From assembly GCA_002269645.1 (NCBI GenBank), contig NIVC01002364.1, forward strand, positions 1 to 64,000: 64,000 nucleotides of DNA, given 5' to 3'. Positions 1 through 26,074 of the stretch are shown one piece after another; positions within the stretch are counted from its first letter, which is position 1; every line of letters begins with the position of its first letter. The notes under the pieces are model-generated. The model did not search any database, was not told the origin of the DNA, and saw only the letters and a list, made by a program, of their open reading frames with translations. The DNA is from Macrostomum lignano. Lineage: Eukaryota. The translations under genes and the position numbers were made by a program.

Positions 1-422
1 TTCGAAAAAACATTTGTCCACCTTAGACAATCATTGATGTGTCTACATCAGTTGCACTGTACTTGCTAGCATTATTTTACGGTGCACAATATACCAATAG
101 TTAGTCGTACTAATAATCCATATTTATGGCTAACCATCAACACAATGTTATCGGTGTGTCGTTATAAAAATTCTTCCGACCACTGTTTGGTAGCGGTCGT
201 TTTTGATTGTTTCTAATTTATACAAATTTATTAGCCGTTTATACGCTAAAGCTCCACGGTTATAATATTCGTACTCGTAAATGCATGAGCAATTTGTTCA
301 CTGTACTGTGCGAAAAGTTAGTACTTGTTTTAATATGACTTAGGACTTAAGTAGTTGCTAGATCTATAGAAAACGAACTGTCCTGTGAATCTTGCTTGAA
401 TGCAAACAATACCAAATTTCAG

Positions 423-12809
<12,387 letters not shown>

Positions 12810-14074
12810 GTGAGACACCTGACGAGGCGTTAATTTGAGCGACTGTCAAAAAAAAACAGATCTAACTGTACAAGGACTTGAACTACTTGTAGTAGCACAA
12901 TTGCTAGTTTAATCTATATACATAACCTAAAATAACCTTGCGCGTCACTCGTGAAAATTTTTTAATAACTCTTTTCGAATGACGAATTGCAGACCTAGAG
13001 ATCGTGAAATCGACCATTTTCCAACGGTCGTATAAAAAAGCAAAAAACGCTAATTTTGCTACTGAGTAGTAGATATAATGGCATTTTTGTACGAGTGATA
13101 TTCTAGTCGATTTTTTAGCTTTTTAGGTTCGTTCTCCAACCGTCATTCAGCTGATAGTGGCGCGAATCAGGCGCTAACGGTTGATTTTCACCTGTCAACT
13201 TTGATGAAACTGCGCGCTTCCGTGTTTATTTATACACACCTGCGGAGAATTAATGATTGCTGGTCCTTACTGTTTATCTATATTGGCTTCAATATTGCTT
13301 TCTTACCTGTAGCTAATAATGCATGTGCACATGTAGCAGGTGCGCTGATAGGTCTATAAGAGTAACGTGCAAACGTAAAAAAATTTAATTAGGTTTTCTA
13401 AAACTCTATTTTCTTATCTCACCCGCCGTTAATTAGCAGGTACAAGTAATTACTCGCATGCAGGATATTGCAGGTGTGTACAATTGTCACTAATGTGAGG
13501 ATTTGATCTTGCTATTTGATGTACGTGTACATGCACGAGCGTAGCTGCATTATTTCCTACTTCGATGCTATTGAATTAATCATATATATTAAAAGGCATT
13601 AGCTGCGTATTTTTGCGCGTGCCAAGGTTTCAAACTTTTCAGAGCCTGCATAGCGCTTCTTGTAGTGTTTAAAATAACAATTTTTATCCCAAACTATATG
13701 CACTGCATATTTATCAGAATTCCCACTTTAGCCAATATGTTATGAAAATAATTACTATCTAATGCTTTAATTATAATAGTGAATTACAACTGTAGTTTCC
13801 GGCTCCGCTTCGCGCAGTTAATTCTGTTAATCTCCTTATTCACTTAATCAAGATTATCAATTTTATCTATCAATAAAATATATATATACGATAAATGCTT
13901 CAAGCAACTGGTATCAGTGCCTGTGCTGCTAAAAGCATTCTTACATGTACTGTAACGTCATTTGAGTTATTAAATAATTTTTTAGAATTTACCTGTGCAG
14001 GAATTTCAATTGAACGGCGTCGAAACTCTAAAGGGGCGTCAATATTTGGTGACTAGGTAGGTATCCCTGTCTCT

Positions 14075-14730
14075 CTGTGGGCGCCCCTAGCTGCCTCTTT
14101 GTTGTCGCCCCTGTTTATTGGTTGGCGCCCCTGTTTATTGGTTGGCGCCCCTGTTTATTGGTTGGGGCCCCTGCCTCTTGGTTGTCGCCCCTGTTTATTG
14201 GTTGGCGCCCCTGTTTATTGGTTGGCGCCCCTGTTTATTGGTTGGGGCCCCTGCCTCTTGGTTGTCGCCCCTGTTTATTGGTTGGCGCCCCTGTTTAATG
14301 GTTGGCGCCCCTGTTTATTGGTTGGCGCCCCTGTCTCTTGGTAGGCGCCCCTGTTTATTGGTTGGCGCCCCTTTTTATTAGTTGGCGCCCCTGTTTATTG
14401 GTTGGCGCCCCTGTTTATTGGTTGGCGCCCGTCTCTTGGTAGGCGCCCCTGTTTATTGGTTGGCGCCCCGGTCTCTTTGTTGGCGCCCCTGTTAATTGGT
14501 TGGCGCCCCTGTCTCTTGGTAGGCGCCCCTGTTTATTGGTTGGCGCCCCTGTTTATTGGTTGGCGCCCCTGTTTATTAGAAGGCGCCCGTTTATTGGTAG
14601 GCGCCCCTGTTTATTGGTTGGCGCCCCTGTCTCTTGGTGGGCGCCCCTGTCTCTTTTGGCACTCGGGGTCTCCTGGTGGGCGCCCCTGTTTTTTGGTAGG
14701 CGCCCGTTTCTCGGTGGGCGCCCCTCTCGC
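14075..14730. repeat. 20-bp minisatellite (tggcgcccctgtttattggt)
   Basis: Period 20; explains the WLAPLFIG-type ORFs. Confidence 0.95.
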
Positions 14731-14751
14731 TTAGTGGTCAACCGTCTCAAT

Positions 14752-14826
14752 TGGCCGCCCACGGAGTCGAACCAGAGGTCCCCTGCTCTCAAGAGTCAGA
14801 AGACAGGCTCTGACACTAAGCTGCTC
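14752..14826 (-). mobile_element. tRNA-derived SINE head fragment
   Basis: Reverse complement has A-box-like agcttagtgtcagagc and B-box ggttcgactcc; no intact cloverleaf. Confidence 0.4.
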
Positions 14827-15214
14827 TACTTCTCTACTTCGCAGTCGTTCCCGCCAGCCGCAATCGCAATACCATCCGTGCTTTTACGAAAGTCGAAAAT
14901 CGAAGTCAATAACACAATTTAATTTCTAATAAGCCAATCTTGCATTATATTAATTGTAGCACAAAAATGATAAATAAAAACTGGCTTTATTTCGAAAATC
15001 AAAAACTTAACAATAATTGTCTAATATACAAAATTTATTAAGCGCATTAGTTTTTAAAGTAAATAATAATCACTGAATGGTTTGAGTGACGCAATGGATC
15101 ACGTGGTACATCTAAATTTTGTATCATTTATTCATAATATGACGCAAGATGCACTTTTAATTCGGAGGCAATTTGGCTTGTTAATACATGCTGATGTCAT
15201 AATCTGGCAAAAAT

Positions 15215-15480
15215 TCCATACAGCCAATCAGATAATCGCAGCGATTTCTTCCAGCCAATTAGAGAATCGCAGCAATATCCCCCAGCCAATCAGACAATCG
15301 CAGCGATTTCCTCCAGCCAATCAGAGAATCGCATCGACTTCTTCCAGCCAATTAGAGAATCGCAGCAATATCCCCCAGCCAATCAGACAATCGCAGCGAT
15401 TTCCTCCAGCCAATCAGAGAATCGCAGTAATATCCCTTCAGCCAATCAGAGAATCGCAGCAAACCTTCTGGCCAATCAGA
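15215..15480. repeat. Degenerate tandem repeat containing CCAAT motifs (cagccaatcagagaatcgcagc)
   Basis: Visible; explains ORF 15082-15573. Confidence 0.8.
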
Positions 15481-16864
15481 ATTCAGAGAATCACAGATAA
15501 CTCAGCACTAACAATCGCAGTAACGGATGATATATACCCAGCAAATTTACCGATTAAATTTAGAAAAAGCTAATGTTAATCCGAAGCGAAAACAAGTTGG
15601 AAAAAACAAAAAGCAACAGAAAATTAATCTGCATGTGCATCCTACCTGAGGCTCGACTACAGCAAACAGACGCAACTTTAATTTAGTATGACAAATATGC
15701 AAAAAAGAGGGGCTTAAGTGCCATGTAAGTGGTCGTCATGGAAACTGGATTTTATTACTGGTTAGTTCGCGCTTAAAAGGCCACAAAGTTTAGAGTAAAT
15801 CTATACATAAAAAAATAATTAGACGGCGAAAAGTTCACAATGCACTGAGCAAATAGGCTAGGTAATCAAATAACACTATAAATAAATAAACTCAAAGCAA
15901 ACCAATAGGAACTTTTTTCGGCCAGAAACAGCTAATACATGTACGTGACGATGGCTTAAAGCGTTTTACACTTACAAAATTTACCTATAGATTTCACATC
16001 TATAGATGCTGTAATCTATAGTCAGTAAGGCAGTAAAAGCAAATTATTGTTGCTAATGAGGGTAGAAGCACCTTGGGGTTAAAAAATGATGTAGTAGTAA
16101 CTATTAAAAATAAACATCAATTGGGATTGACGTGGGAAGGTCGCATGCGAATATTTTAATGCCTATAATACGATTAAATGGAAATTATTACATATCGCTG
16201 TAATAAATGAATACAGCTTATAAACTTTATCCAGTTTCGGCCATAGACTAAAGTTCAAAACCAATGAAAATAAATGTGGCACTATTGTAGGAGGGCTGCT
16301 GCGGGGTTTCGGCCATAGACTAAAACTCGGAGCCTATGAAAATACATGTGGCACTATTGTAGGAGGGCTGCTGCGGGTTTCGGCCATAGACTAAAGCTCG
16401 GAGCAAAGTACACTCTGTGCCTTGGGGTCTACCCTCACGAGTGTTAACTGTTGTGCACACAAGCCCAAAATGAATGCAATCAGGTTTAGGGAATGGCCAA
16501 TATAAAAATTTAATTTAACCTAGTTCTGCTATTGAGTGCTGACCAAACACATTTTACAAACCATAGTGCAATAATCAATATAAATAATATCCGAATCGAT
16601 AATTATAACTATAATAGACGGAGTTTGACGGATGGATTTAACACGAATATAGAAACAATACAATATTGAAACACAATTGGAATGCTTTTGGTTATTAGCT
16701 AGCTAGCAAAACATTTAAACTCGCACTACTTAAAATAGTAGTAGATTGACAAAAAAGAACATTTCGTACTAATAGTTTGATAAAGTGAATCAATTAATGA
16801 CATTTATTGTCTTCGTTTTAAAAGGCTTTAACAATGGATTTAGTGAATTAGAAGACAAATAAGT

Positions 16865-19800
16865 CTAGGACGCTTTGGCTTTCTGGCTATTACTAATATT
16901 AGTGAAATAGTCTGCTTTGACAAGGCGGACCAGCAGGACGATGTTCATAACGCTGATGACAACCAGACCGGAGGCGCCTAGCAGAGCCACTGGAAGCGGC
17001 AGCAGGCGCCAATTTGACCAAATCCAACGAACCATCCAGGCTGTGGTGATGCCGCGAAATGTCACCAGAGTGCCTGCGTAGTGTGCCAGAATTAACTGAG
17101 TTAGCAACTGACGCGACATCTGAGCCTGATAGCGCCAAATTAGGGCAGGAATAGGCGCCAAAAAAAGAATTTAGACACCAACTTTGGAATTAAGGCACCA
17201 AAGTTGGAATTGAGGCGCCAAAGTTGGAATTGAGGCGCCAAAGTTGAAATTGAGGCGCTAAGGTTGGAATTTAGGCGCTAAGGTTGGAATTGAGGCGCCA
17301 AAGTTGGAATTGAGGCGCTAAAGTTGGAATTGAGGCGCAAAATGGGGTTAAGGTGGCGCTAAAGACAGGCGCCAAATGGGGTTAAGGTGGCACTAAAGAC
17401 AAGCGCCAAATGGGGTTAAGGTGGCACTAAAGACAAGCGCCAAATGGGGTCAAGTTGGCGCTAATTACAGGCGCCAAAGGCCAAGCGACCACTAACGACG
17501 TGTTCAGTTTCAAACACTCACCAACATTAGCCGCGCATAGAAACCGATAAACAATCGAACTTCGATTTGCTCTTCGCAAATTAGCCAGCTGTCTGGCATG
17601 CAGAAATATCGAATTGACCTCCATGAATAGGGACACCACGGCGAAGGCGACGTAGGTCCTCTGAACAACAGCCAGACCGTAGGTGATAAAAATCTAAAAT
17701 TATGATTTGATTTTTCATTGACAAAACATTTCAATACGAGTACTTTTCAAACTGTAAAAAGAGCAACCAAGAAATTATTTTATTGACAATTTTACTGATA
17801 ACTTGTCAAAACTGCAACTTTCTAAAGCCCAATTCTGTCTCTTAGGTGGTGGCGCCTCTGTCTCTTATGTGGTGCTACTGTCTCGTAAAAACTTATTGCA
17901 ATTTCAGAACAGAAAAGATTTGGCTGTCTATTCTCTGAGAATTTATCATCAAGTTCTATCAATTTTAAAAATAGTTGCAATAATTGGTGCTACTTTTAGT
18001 AGCTCATAAAAAGATGAAGAAAGTTGCCATATTTTAATAAATTCAAAGTTTTACTGGCGATAAGTTTGTTCATCTTGAATAATAAAATATTTCCGAGGGC
18101 GCACAGAAGATAGATAAACAAAAAATGAAACCAATTGTCGTTTCTATAGTGCAACGAATAAGTGAACTGTTTTAATCATGATTTTTACTCACCTTTTTGT
18201 ACCGTTCCAATCTATTGTTTTATAGATTATTGAGGTTATAAAATATTATAAATATTTGTTAAAATAAAAAGCTTCAGTGGCCTATACTTGTCTAATTTTT
18301 AAAGTACATTTAGCGTAGATTAAGTACAATTGGTTTACGATTATTTTGACACGTTTATGATGCTTCAGTGTGGGTTAATGATGGTTTAGTGTGGGTTAAT
18401 GATGGTTCAGTGTGGGTTTGGGATGCTTCAGTGTGGGTTTGGGATGCTTCAGTGTGGGTTTGGGATGCTTCAGAGTGGGTTTGGGATGCTTCAGAGTGGG
18501 TTTATGATGCTTCAGTGAGGGTTTATGATGCTTCAGTGTGGGTTTATGGTGCTTCAGAGTGGGTTTATGATGCTTCAGTGTGGGTTAATGATGCTTTAGT
18601 GTGGGTTAATGATGGTTCAGTGTGGGTTTGGGATGCTTCAGTGTGGGTTTGGGATGCTTCAGTGTGGGTTTATGATGCTTCAGAGTGGGTTTGGGATGCT
18701 TCAGAGTGGGTTTATGATGCTTCAGTGAGGGTTTGGGATGCTTCAGAGTGGGTTTATGATGCTTCAGTGTGGGTTTATGGTGCTTCAGAGTGGGTTTATG
18801 ATGCTTTAGTGTGGGTTAATGATGCTTTAGTGTGGGTTAATGATGGTTCAGTGTGGGTTTGGGATGCTTCAGTGTGGGTTTGGGATGCTTCAGTGTGGGT
18901 TTATGATGCTTCAGAGTGGGTTTGGGATGCTTCAGAGTGGGTTTATGATGCTTCAGTGAGGGTTTATGATGCTTCAGAGTGGGTTTATGATGCTTCAGTG
19001 TGGGTTTATGATGCTTCAGTGTCGGTTGATGATGCTGCAGTGTCGGTTGATGATGCTTCAGTGAGGGTTTATGATGCTTCAGTGTCGGTTGATGATGCTG
19101 CAGTGTCGGTTGATGATGCTTCAGTGAGGGTTGATGATGCTGCAGTGTCGGTTGATGATGCTTCAGTGAGGGTTTATGATGCTTTAGTGTCGGTTGATGA
19201 TGCTTCAGTGTGGGTTGATGATGCTGCAGTGTCGGTTGATGATGCTTCAGTGAGGGTTGATGATGCTTCAGTGTGGGTTGATGATGCTGCAGTGTCGGTT
19301 GATGATGCTTCAGTGTCGGTTGATGATGCTTCAGTGAGGGTTGATGATGCTTCAGTGAGGGTTTATGATGCTTCAGTGTCGGTTGATGATGCTTCAGTGT
19401 GGGTTGATGATGCTTCAGTGAGGGTTTATGATGCTTCAGTGTCGGTTGATGATGCTTCAGTGAGGGTTGATGATGCTTCAGTGAGGGTTTATGATGCTTC
19501 AGTGTCGGTTGATGATGCTTCAGTGAGGGTTGATGATGCTTCAGTGAGGGTTGATGATGCTTCAGTGTGGGTTGATGATGCTTCAGTGTGAGTTTATAAT
19601 GCTTCAGTGTGAGTTTATAATGCTTCAGTGTGAGTTTATAATGCTTCAGTGTGAGTTTATAATGCTTCAGTGTGAGTTTATAATGCTTCAGTGTGAGTTT
19701 ATAATGCTTCAGTGTGAGTTTATAATGCTTCAGTGTGGACTCATTAAGTTCCATAGCAATTTTAGGAAACTTCAGCATGGGTTTGATACTTCAATGTGTT

Positions 19801-22800
19801 GCTGCGTACCTAAGCCCATTAGCATACGACCAATGCAAACCCAGTTTATAAAGTTCTATCATAGTTTTTGTCATACAATATATGATTTTTTATTAAGTCA
19901 AAAGTCCACAAAGAAAACTGCAAGCTAAGATAAGGCAGGGTTGCAGAAAGAGCCAAAAAATTCTAAAGTCAGCCGACTACGCCTATCAATAGAATAGCGA
20001 GATTAACCAGTTTAAAGCTACCCTTTGCACCCTTACATAGAACGGAGAAATACTGCAAACTTGAGCTATAAAAAGTCACGCCACTAAAAAGAACGCAGCA
20101 CACTAGTTGAAATAGTGATAATTGAGCTACCGATCAAAGGGCAAAAGTGCAGACTAATTAGAATTCACAACTCAAGACACGACATTAAGTCTGCCAACTT
20201 ACAATAAAATGGTGAAATAGTAGTTCAATAGTTTCCGTTGAAACCTTTCTTCGTAGCATGTGAATAGAGTCGTGTACAAAGTAGCCTGGAATGCAATACG
20301 GTAAATGTTAGTAGAAGGTTAGCCAGTTAGATACAGGATCTAAGAGTAGATCATTGCTGAGGGCCAGATGAGAGTGGGAAGGAGAGGAAATGGGGGAGAG
20401 AAAAGAAAAAAGATGAAGAAAAGAGATAACAGAAGAGAGTAGAGGTGAGAGGCTAGATGAGAGATGGGATGAAGGAGAAGATAAGAGGAGGGGGGAGATG
20501 AATGGAGAAAGGATGAGAGATGAGAGATGAGAGCGCGCCGGGGGGTTGAGGGTCATTTAAAGTCATGGAAATTGCTGCAACTTTAATTTTATACATTAAC
20601 TCCACAGTATGTTTATGTAATAAAAATTACCTAACGAGAAGCAAATTAAACCGAGGGCCAATGGTGTACAGGTGCTAACAACATCTTCCAACATTGCTGG
20701 TCGCAGGTAAACACTAAAAATTGATTGGAGAAAGGAGGATTAATGTTCAGACATAAATAATCAAATATAAAAGTTTAAAATGAGAATTATAAAAAAGCAA
20801 TATAAAGCCCTAGCCTTTTATTATGAGAATTACCCTACCCTTTGAATTTGCAGAAGTTGCAGAAGTCTGCAGACTCCATGCTTACAGATTACTTAAATTT
20901 GACAATTAATAGAAGTCGAGACATCCAAGGAAAATACTGAACTTAAATTAAATAGTGTCTAGCTTTGAGAGAACCATTTGGCATTCAGAGTTGAGGATCA
21001 AGATTCAAAAAGTATACTTGATATGTCATGATATGCACTGAAACCAAAACTTTCCCATAAACTAACCCTAGAATTTCCCATAAACTAACCCTAGATTTCC
21101 CATAAACTACTCCTAGAAATTCTCATAAACTAACCCTAGAATTACCAATAAACTACCCCTAGAATTGCCCATAAACTATCCCTAGAACTGCCAATAAACT
21201 ACCCCTAGAACTGCCAATAAACTACCCCTAGAACTGCCAATAAACTAACCCTAGAACTGCCTATAAACTACCCCTATAAATGCCTAGAAACTACCGCTAG
21301 AACTGCCTATAAACTACCCCTAGAAATTCCAATAAACTAACCATAGAAATGCCTATAAACTACCCCTAGAAATGCCAATAAACTACCCCTAGAATTGCCT
21401 ATAAACTACCCCTAGAACTGCCTATAAACAACCTCTAGAATTGTATATAAACCACTCATAGAATTGCCAATAAAATACATTAAGAATCATATAAATAATT
21501 TCAATACTAGACCTAAATGTCTATGGTAAAAATTATTGTCATTATAGTAGCAAAATTGGGGGCAGGGGCAAGCTCAATATCAAGTGCTCAGGAACCAATA
21601 CAACACAATGATCAAGATAGCAAATTTTTACTATGATTTATTTGAAATTGAAGACTTCTAGACTTATACCTATGCTAAATACAGTCTTGGAATATCCACA
21701 ATGAACTATTCAAAGTTTATAAAGTTGCAGCACCAGGTCAATCAACCGTTTACAAATGGTGCTTAAGTTCTATGGCTTTGAAGTATTTCCCCTGGCCTTA
21801 GCTCCTTGGACCTGCCAGTCATGATCAACAAGGACAATAGAACTGATTGAGACTTACCAAGCTTTTGTTGAAGAAGATTCAAAAGTTCATATCCAAGACC
21901 TTACTGACTTAGTAGAAATTAGAAAAAACAACTGCACAAAATTTTTATTTGCACTTGGATTTCCAATTTGAAAAGTTTTAGCTATCTGGATTCTGCAAGC
22001 TCTCCCTAACAAGAATAGGTTGGCAGGCTTTTAGCTAATTTTTGACAACACTAACATAAAGTAAAACAAAAGGTACTAGCTTAGACAAGGGGGTTATTGA
22101 CTATATTTAACAACCACAGTGAAGTTTGAGAAGCTATGTTGCTTGCAATGGGCAAGAGGCCTTGATAAAAGATTGGTTGAAAAGAGAGTTTTAGCAAATC
22201 ATTGACAATTTTACAAATATATAATCAATATAAGGGGACATTATAGTACCAACTAGTACTATTTATTACTACCATGTTTTTTAACAGTTCTGACTAGTTT
22301 TTTCTAAATATTCTCAATGACTTTCTAGATAGGCAAAAGAATAGTCATGTTACATTTGTCATTTATCTAAAAATGTATAAATTTTTGCTTAGGTTTCTTT
22401 TATATAAATAAGTCATTTTCTGGTAAAAAAAGAAAAATGTATAGTTAGTATAAATTAAGGGGAGTTATATATATGGTAAAAAAATGGTTAATTTAGGGAA
22501 AAGGTATACAGATCCTGGACTATTTGTCTGCCCTGGGCAAATGGCCAGTGGACTATTTGTCTGCCAGATTATTTGTCTGCCCTGGGCAATTGGCCAGTGG
22601 ACTATTTGTCTGCTGGTACTAAATAGTGGATGTGGTAACTGATATAGGTTTTTGGACACTTCGGTAACAAGATGCTTCTGTGACAGCTGTTTCAGCAACA
22701 AGTCATATTGGTAACAAATGTTGCAATAACTTATAGCATAATAGAGTTCCTAACTTTTTTATAGTCATTTAATGCGTCACTAGAGAAATCCCAACTTCAA

Positions 22801-25261
22801 AATAGTATAAGTGTATATATGACACTTCTCACTATACATATATTTTAATATTTACATATATATATGGCGAAATCCAAAAACGTGGGATAAAACGGTAAAA
22901 CAAATCTGCGGACATTCGATGGAAAGTAATGTATCTAAAAAAGGTTTTTGAAAGATAGATAGGTCTTTAGAAAATAGTTCTGGATAAAAACTATTGTTTT
23001 CATGCTTTATATTGTTGAATAAATAAGAAAAAACCACAAAAAAGCATTTTGAAAGTCCGAGTTGACCGATTTGCAATTTTTTGTTTCACTTTTTTTTTAT
23101 TATTAAACAATTAATTTTAAGACTTGTAGGCCTTAGAGAAGGCTAATTTTTTTACTACTTACAAAACAGAAAGTAATCTGTGTTTTACTTTTTATTCAAT
23201 TCAAAAAGATGAAGTATTTCTAAGGATTTCAAAGTTTTTCTAAAACCATATAAACTCGCAAAAATTCATACTAATATAAAGTGCAAAGTTTGCCAGCAAA
23301 CATCTTTTTCTAAAAGTAAATATATCGCTAATTCCTTGTTGCAAAATAATCTTTAAGTTGTTTTCTTTCATTTAAATATCAACTTGCATAGTATTAGTAT
23401 TTGTAATATGCCTATATTTAGACTTAAAAATTTTGGGTAAAAAATGGTACCACAAAATGTGAACCCGGCATCCAAATCAGATGCTTACTGTATGCTCATT
23501 AAGCGACGAAGAACAATGAAATTACACTAAAACATGTATCATCGCGGCGTGTATGCAGGAAAAAAAGAATTTTCCAAATCGCTTCAGTAGAAGCTGAGTA
23601 AAATGCAATTTTCCAATCCTTATGGGAATTCCAATGTGTTACCCGGCTTCCAAATCAGATGCTTACTGTATGCTTATTAAGCGACGAAGAACAATGAAAT
23701 TACACTAAAACATGTATCATCGCGGCGTGTATGCAGGAAAAAAAGAATTTTCCAAATCGCTTCAGTAGAAGCTGAGTAAAATGCAATTTTCCAATCCTTA
23801 TGGGAATTCCAATGTGTTACCCGGCTTCCAAATCAGATGCTTACTGTATGCTTATTAAGCGACGAAGAACAATGAAATTACACTAAAACATGTATCATCG
23901 CGGCGTGTATGCAGGAAAAAAAGAATTTTCCAAATCGCTTTAGTAGAAGCTGAGTAAAATGCAATTTTCCGATCCTTACGGGAATTTGTATGTTTAAATA
24001 ATAAACTTACGTTGAATACAATTTATTGCAAACGAACTCTACAAAATACACGTTGTCAAGAGTAACGAAAGTGATAAACAAATAAAACCTTAAAATAATG
24101 TTAAATATGTTGTAGAATTATAGAGTGTAACATTATAAGATAGTTAAAGTTAATAAAATACATTATTATAGCTTTTCAATCATTTTCATTAGACTCATTT
24201 TAGGTCGTAATTAAACTTACCGTTTTAACAAATCATTTTATTAAAAATAAAGCTATACGAAAATAATTTGTGCTTTAATAGACTTTTTTACTTTTTAAAA
24301 ACTTGAATAAATTTATTTTATAGCTTTATTGCTTTCAAATTGCCAAAAACGAATTTTCATAAAACTTGCCCCCGATTTTTGGATTTCCCCATATATATGA
24401 TACTTCACTTAGCAGATACACTTTACATGTATATAGCCAACTTTTTCTTCATTTTTGGAATATAATTGTTTGAAAAAAATAGGTGAAAAACATTTAGAAT
24501 CCTCTTAATTATTAGCGCAGTATCTCTTAAATTTTTTTAAACTTTTCAATTTGGACTATTTGCCTGCCTGAAGACAAATAACTGGCAGACTAATAGTCCG
24601 ATACCTAGGCATACAAGGTGCCTTCTATTGAAATTGAAATTTTTTTATATAGATTATAAAAATCTACTAGTAATCTTTAATAATAATTTACACATCTTAG
24701 TAATCTATATTTTCAAATGTAACTTTTTGGATCAATATCAATGTATATATTATAGAGCAATGGGAAGGCAAATCTAAAATATTGATAATACACCAAATTA
24801 AGCATTGGTATATAAACTAGTATATAGAAAGGCCCAAGACAAAATGCTTAAATAAAATAATATATTCAGTTATTAATAAAAATATTATACACTTACCAAA
24901 TAAAAGCAAGTGGGCCACTAACAATGGAATGAATTTCTGATAAAAATATATTTTGCATTTTCCAAATTTTATTATTTTTATTATTTTTGGAGCTATCACT
25001 TTTGTTAGGCCTAGCCATGTGGCCATTTGAACTTGCTGTTTGTAAGTCTAAATCAGTAGTTAAAGGATGATTCCCATTTATTTCAACACAAGTTTTTGAT
25101 GGCTCTATAGCCAATTGAGAAAATAGCAGGTAGTAAACCAAAGAATTCGGATTTTGAGACACTCTCTTTAGCAAATAATCTATTGTTGCAAAGAAAGCAA
25201 CACTAAAAAAAATTACTAATGCTGAAGGCACTGCTTCAATGCAACTTTGAACTTGATACAT
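16865..25261 (-). CDS. TLC (TRAM/LAG1/CLN8) domain membrane protein, TLCD1/2-like, 303 aa
   Basis: Exons 25261-24897, 20713-20631, 20285-20203, 17693-17522, 17073-16865 (912 nt, all phases match, GT-AG). Motifs WKMQNIFLSEIHSIVSG, FSLGYFVHD, ELLFHHFI, MEVNSIFLHAR, TFRG and MNIVLLVRLVKAD. Confidence 0.9.
17170..17430. repeat. 20-bp (gaggcgccaaagttggaatt) and ~33-bp tandem repeats in the last TLC intron
   Basis: Visible. Confidence 0.85.
18353..19735. repeat. 21-bp minisatellite (gatgcttcagtgtgggtttat and variants) ~65 copies
   Basis: Visible, inside TLC intron 3; explains ORFs 18368-19591 and 18837-19778. Confidence 0.97.
21055..21470. repeat. ~21-bp minisatellite (aaactacccctagaactgcct)
   Basis: Visible, TLC intron 1. 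Confidence 0.9.
23464..23990. repeat. 178-bp tandem repeat, 3 near-identical copies
   Basis: cccggc anchor at 23464, 23642 and 23820. Confidence 0.95.
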
Positions 25262-26074
25262 TGCTCTTTAACTTTAAATAGCCTGGACGCAATACTAACT
25301 TTGAGACAGTTTATTAATTTGCAACAAAATGTTAACGGTTTCAACTGTTCTCTTCTATTACTAACACGTTACATAGGCCCTAATATTGCTTATTAAGTTG
25401 AGCCATTAATTGCAAGTAGACGGTGGCTCCAGAAATGAGAGAACTAGGGCCTAACTAACGGCCTAGCCTAAATTAATGTTAAATAAATAAAATCTAATAG
25501 TTAGTAGTACTACAGTCACTGAATTGTAATGGAACAAAGTATAGGATTGCTGAGCTAGTGTAGACTACTACGGCTGCAATGCAAAATAAAAGGGTAGGTA
25601 AATAGGTAATCGATGCAAAACAAGCGCTAATAGATCTTTATAAAAAATACAATGATTTCTACGACTTGTCAGTAAAAAACTTGGCGTTAGTGCCACTATT
25701 TATAAAACTATTACTTAAAGACGAATTGCCCAGACAATGGACAAAATGAGCTATCCAACTATCGTTTTTTTTAAAGTACACGTGAAACCTAAAATAGATT
25801 TTATTTAAATGAGATTTCTTAGGAGATAACCCAGTATAACAAAACTCTTTATTTAAAACTTTTTATGCTGCGTGTAGCGGCTCGTGTGCTAAGATTATTA
25901 GTTAAGAACATTATACAGTTTTCGTATCAAAAATTTAATCATTACTGTATACAATAAAAAGCGTTGGCTCAAAATTCTAAATAAACTATGTTAGTCTTTT
26001 TTTCATTCTTCCGATAAAATAGCTATATACTGCCTTTATCCTGGTTACCGCAGGAATAAAAAGTATCCATAAAT
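25262..26074. promoter_or_regulatory. Candidate bidirectional promoter region between the divergent TLC gene and MKS1
   Basis: The inferred start codons are 813 bp apart, head-to-head. A weak X-box-like GTTACCGCAGGAAT lies at 26044-26057. Confidence 0.4.

Noticed and set aside
15732-15745. Good X-box consensus match GTCGTCATGGAAAC
   Set aside because: No gene start was found nearby (it lies ~1.1 kb beyond the TLC stop codon). A single degenerate 14-mer is expected by chance in 64 kb.
18368-19778. Long ORFs on both strands (407 aa and 313 aa)
   Set aside because: They are translations of a stop-free 21-bp minisatellite inside TLC intron 3.
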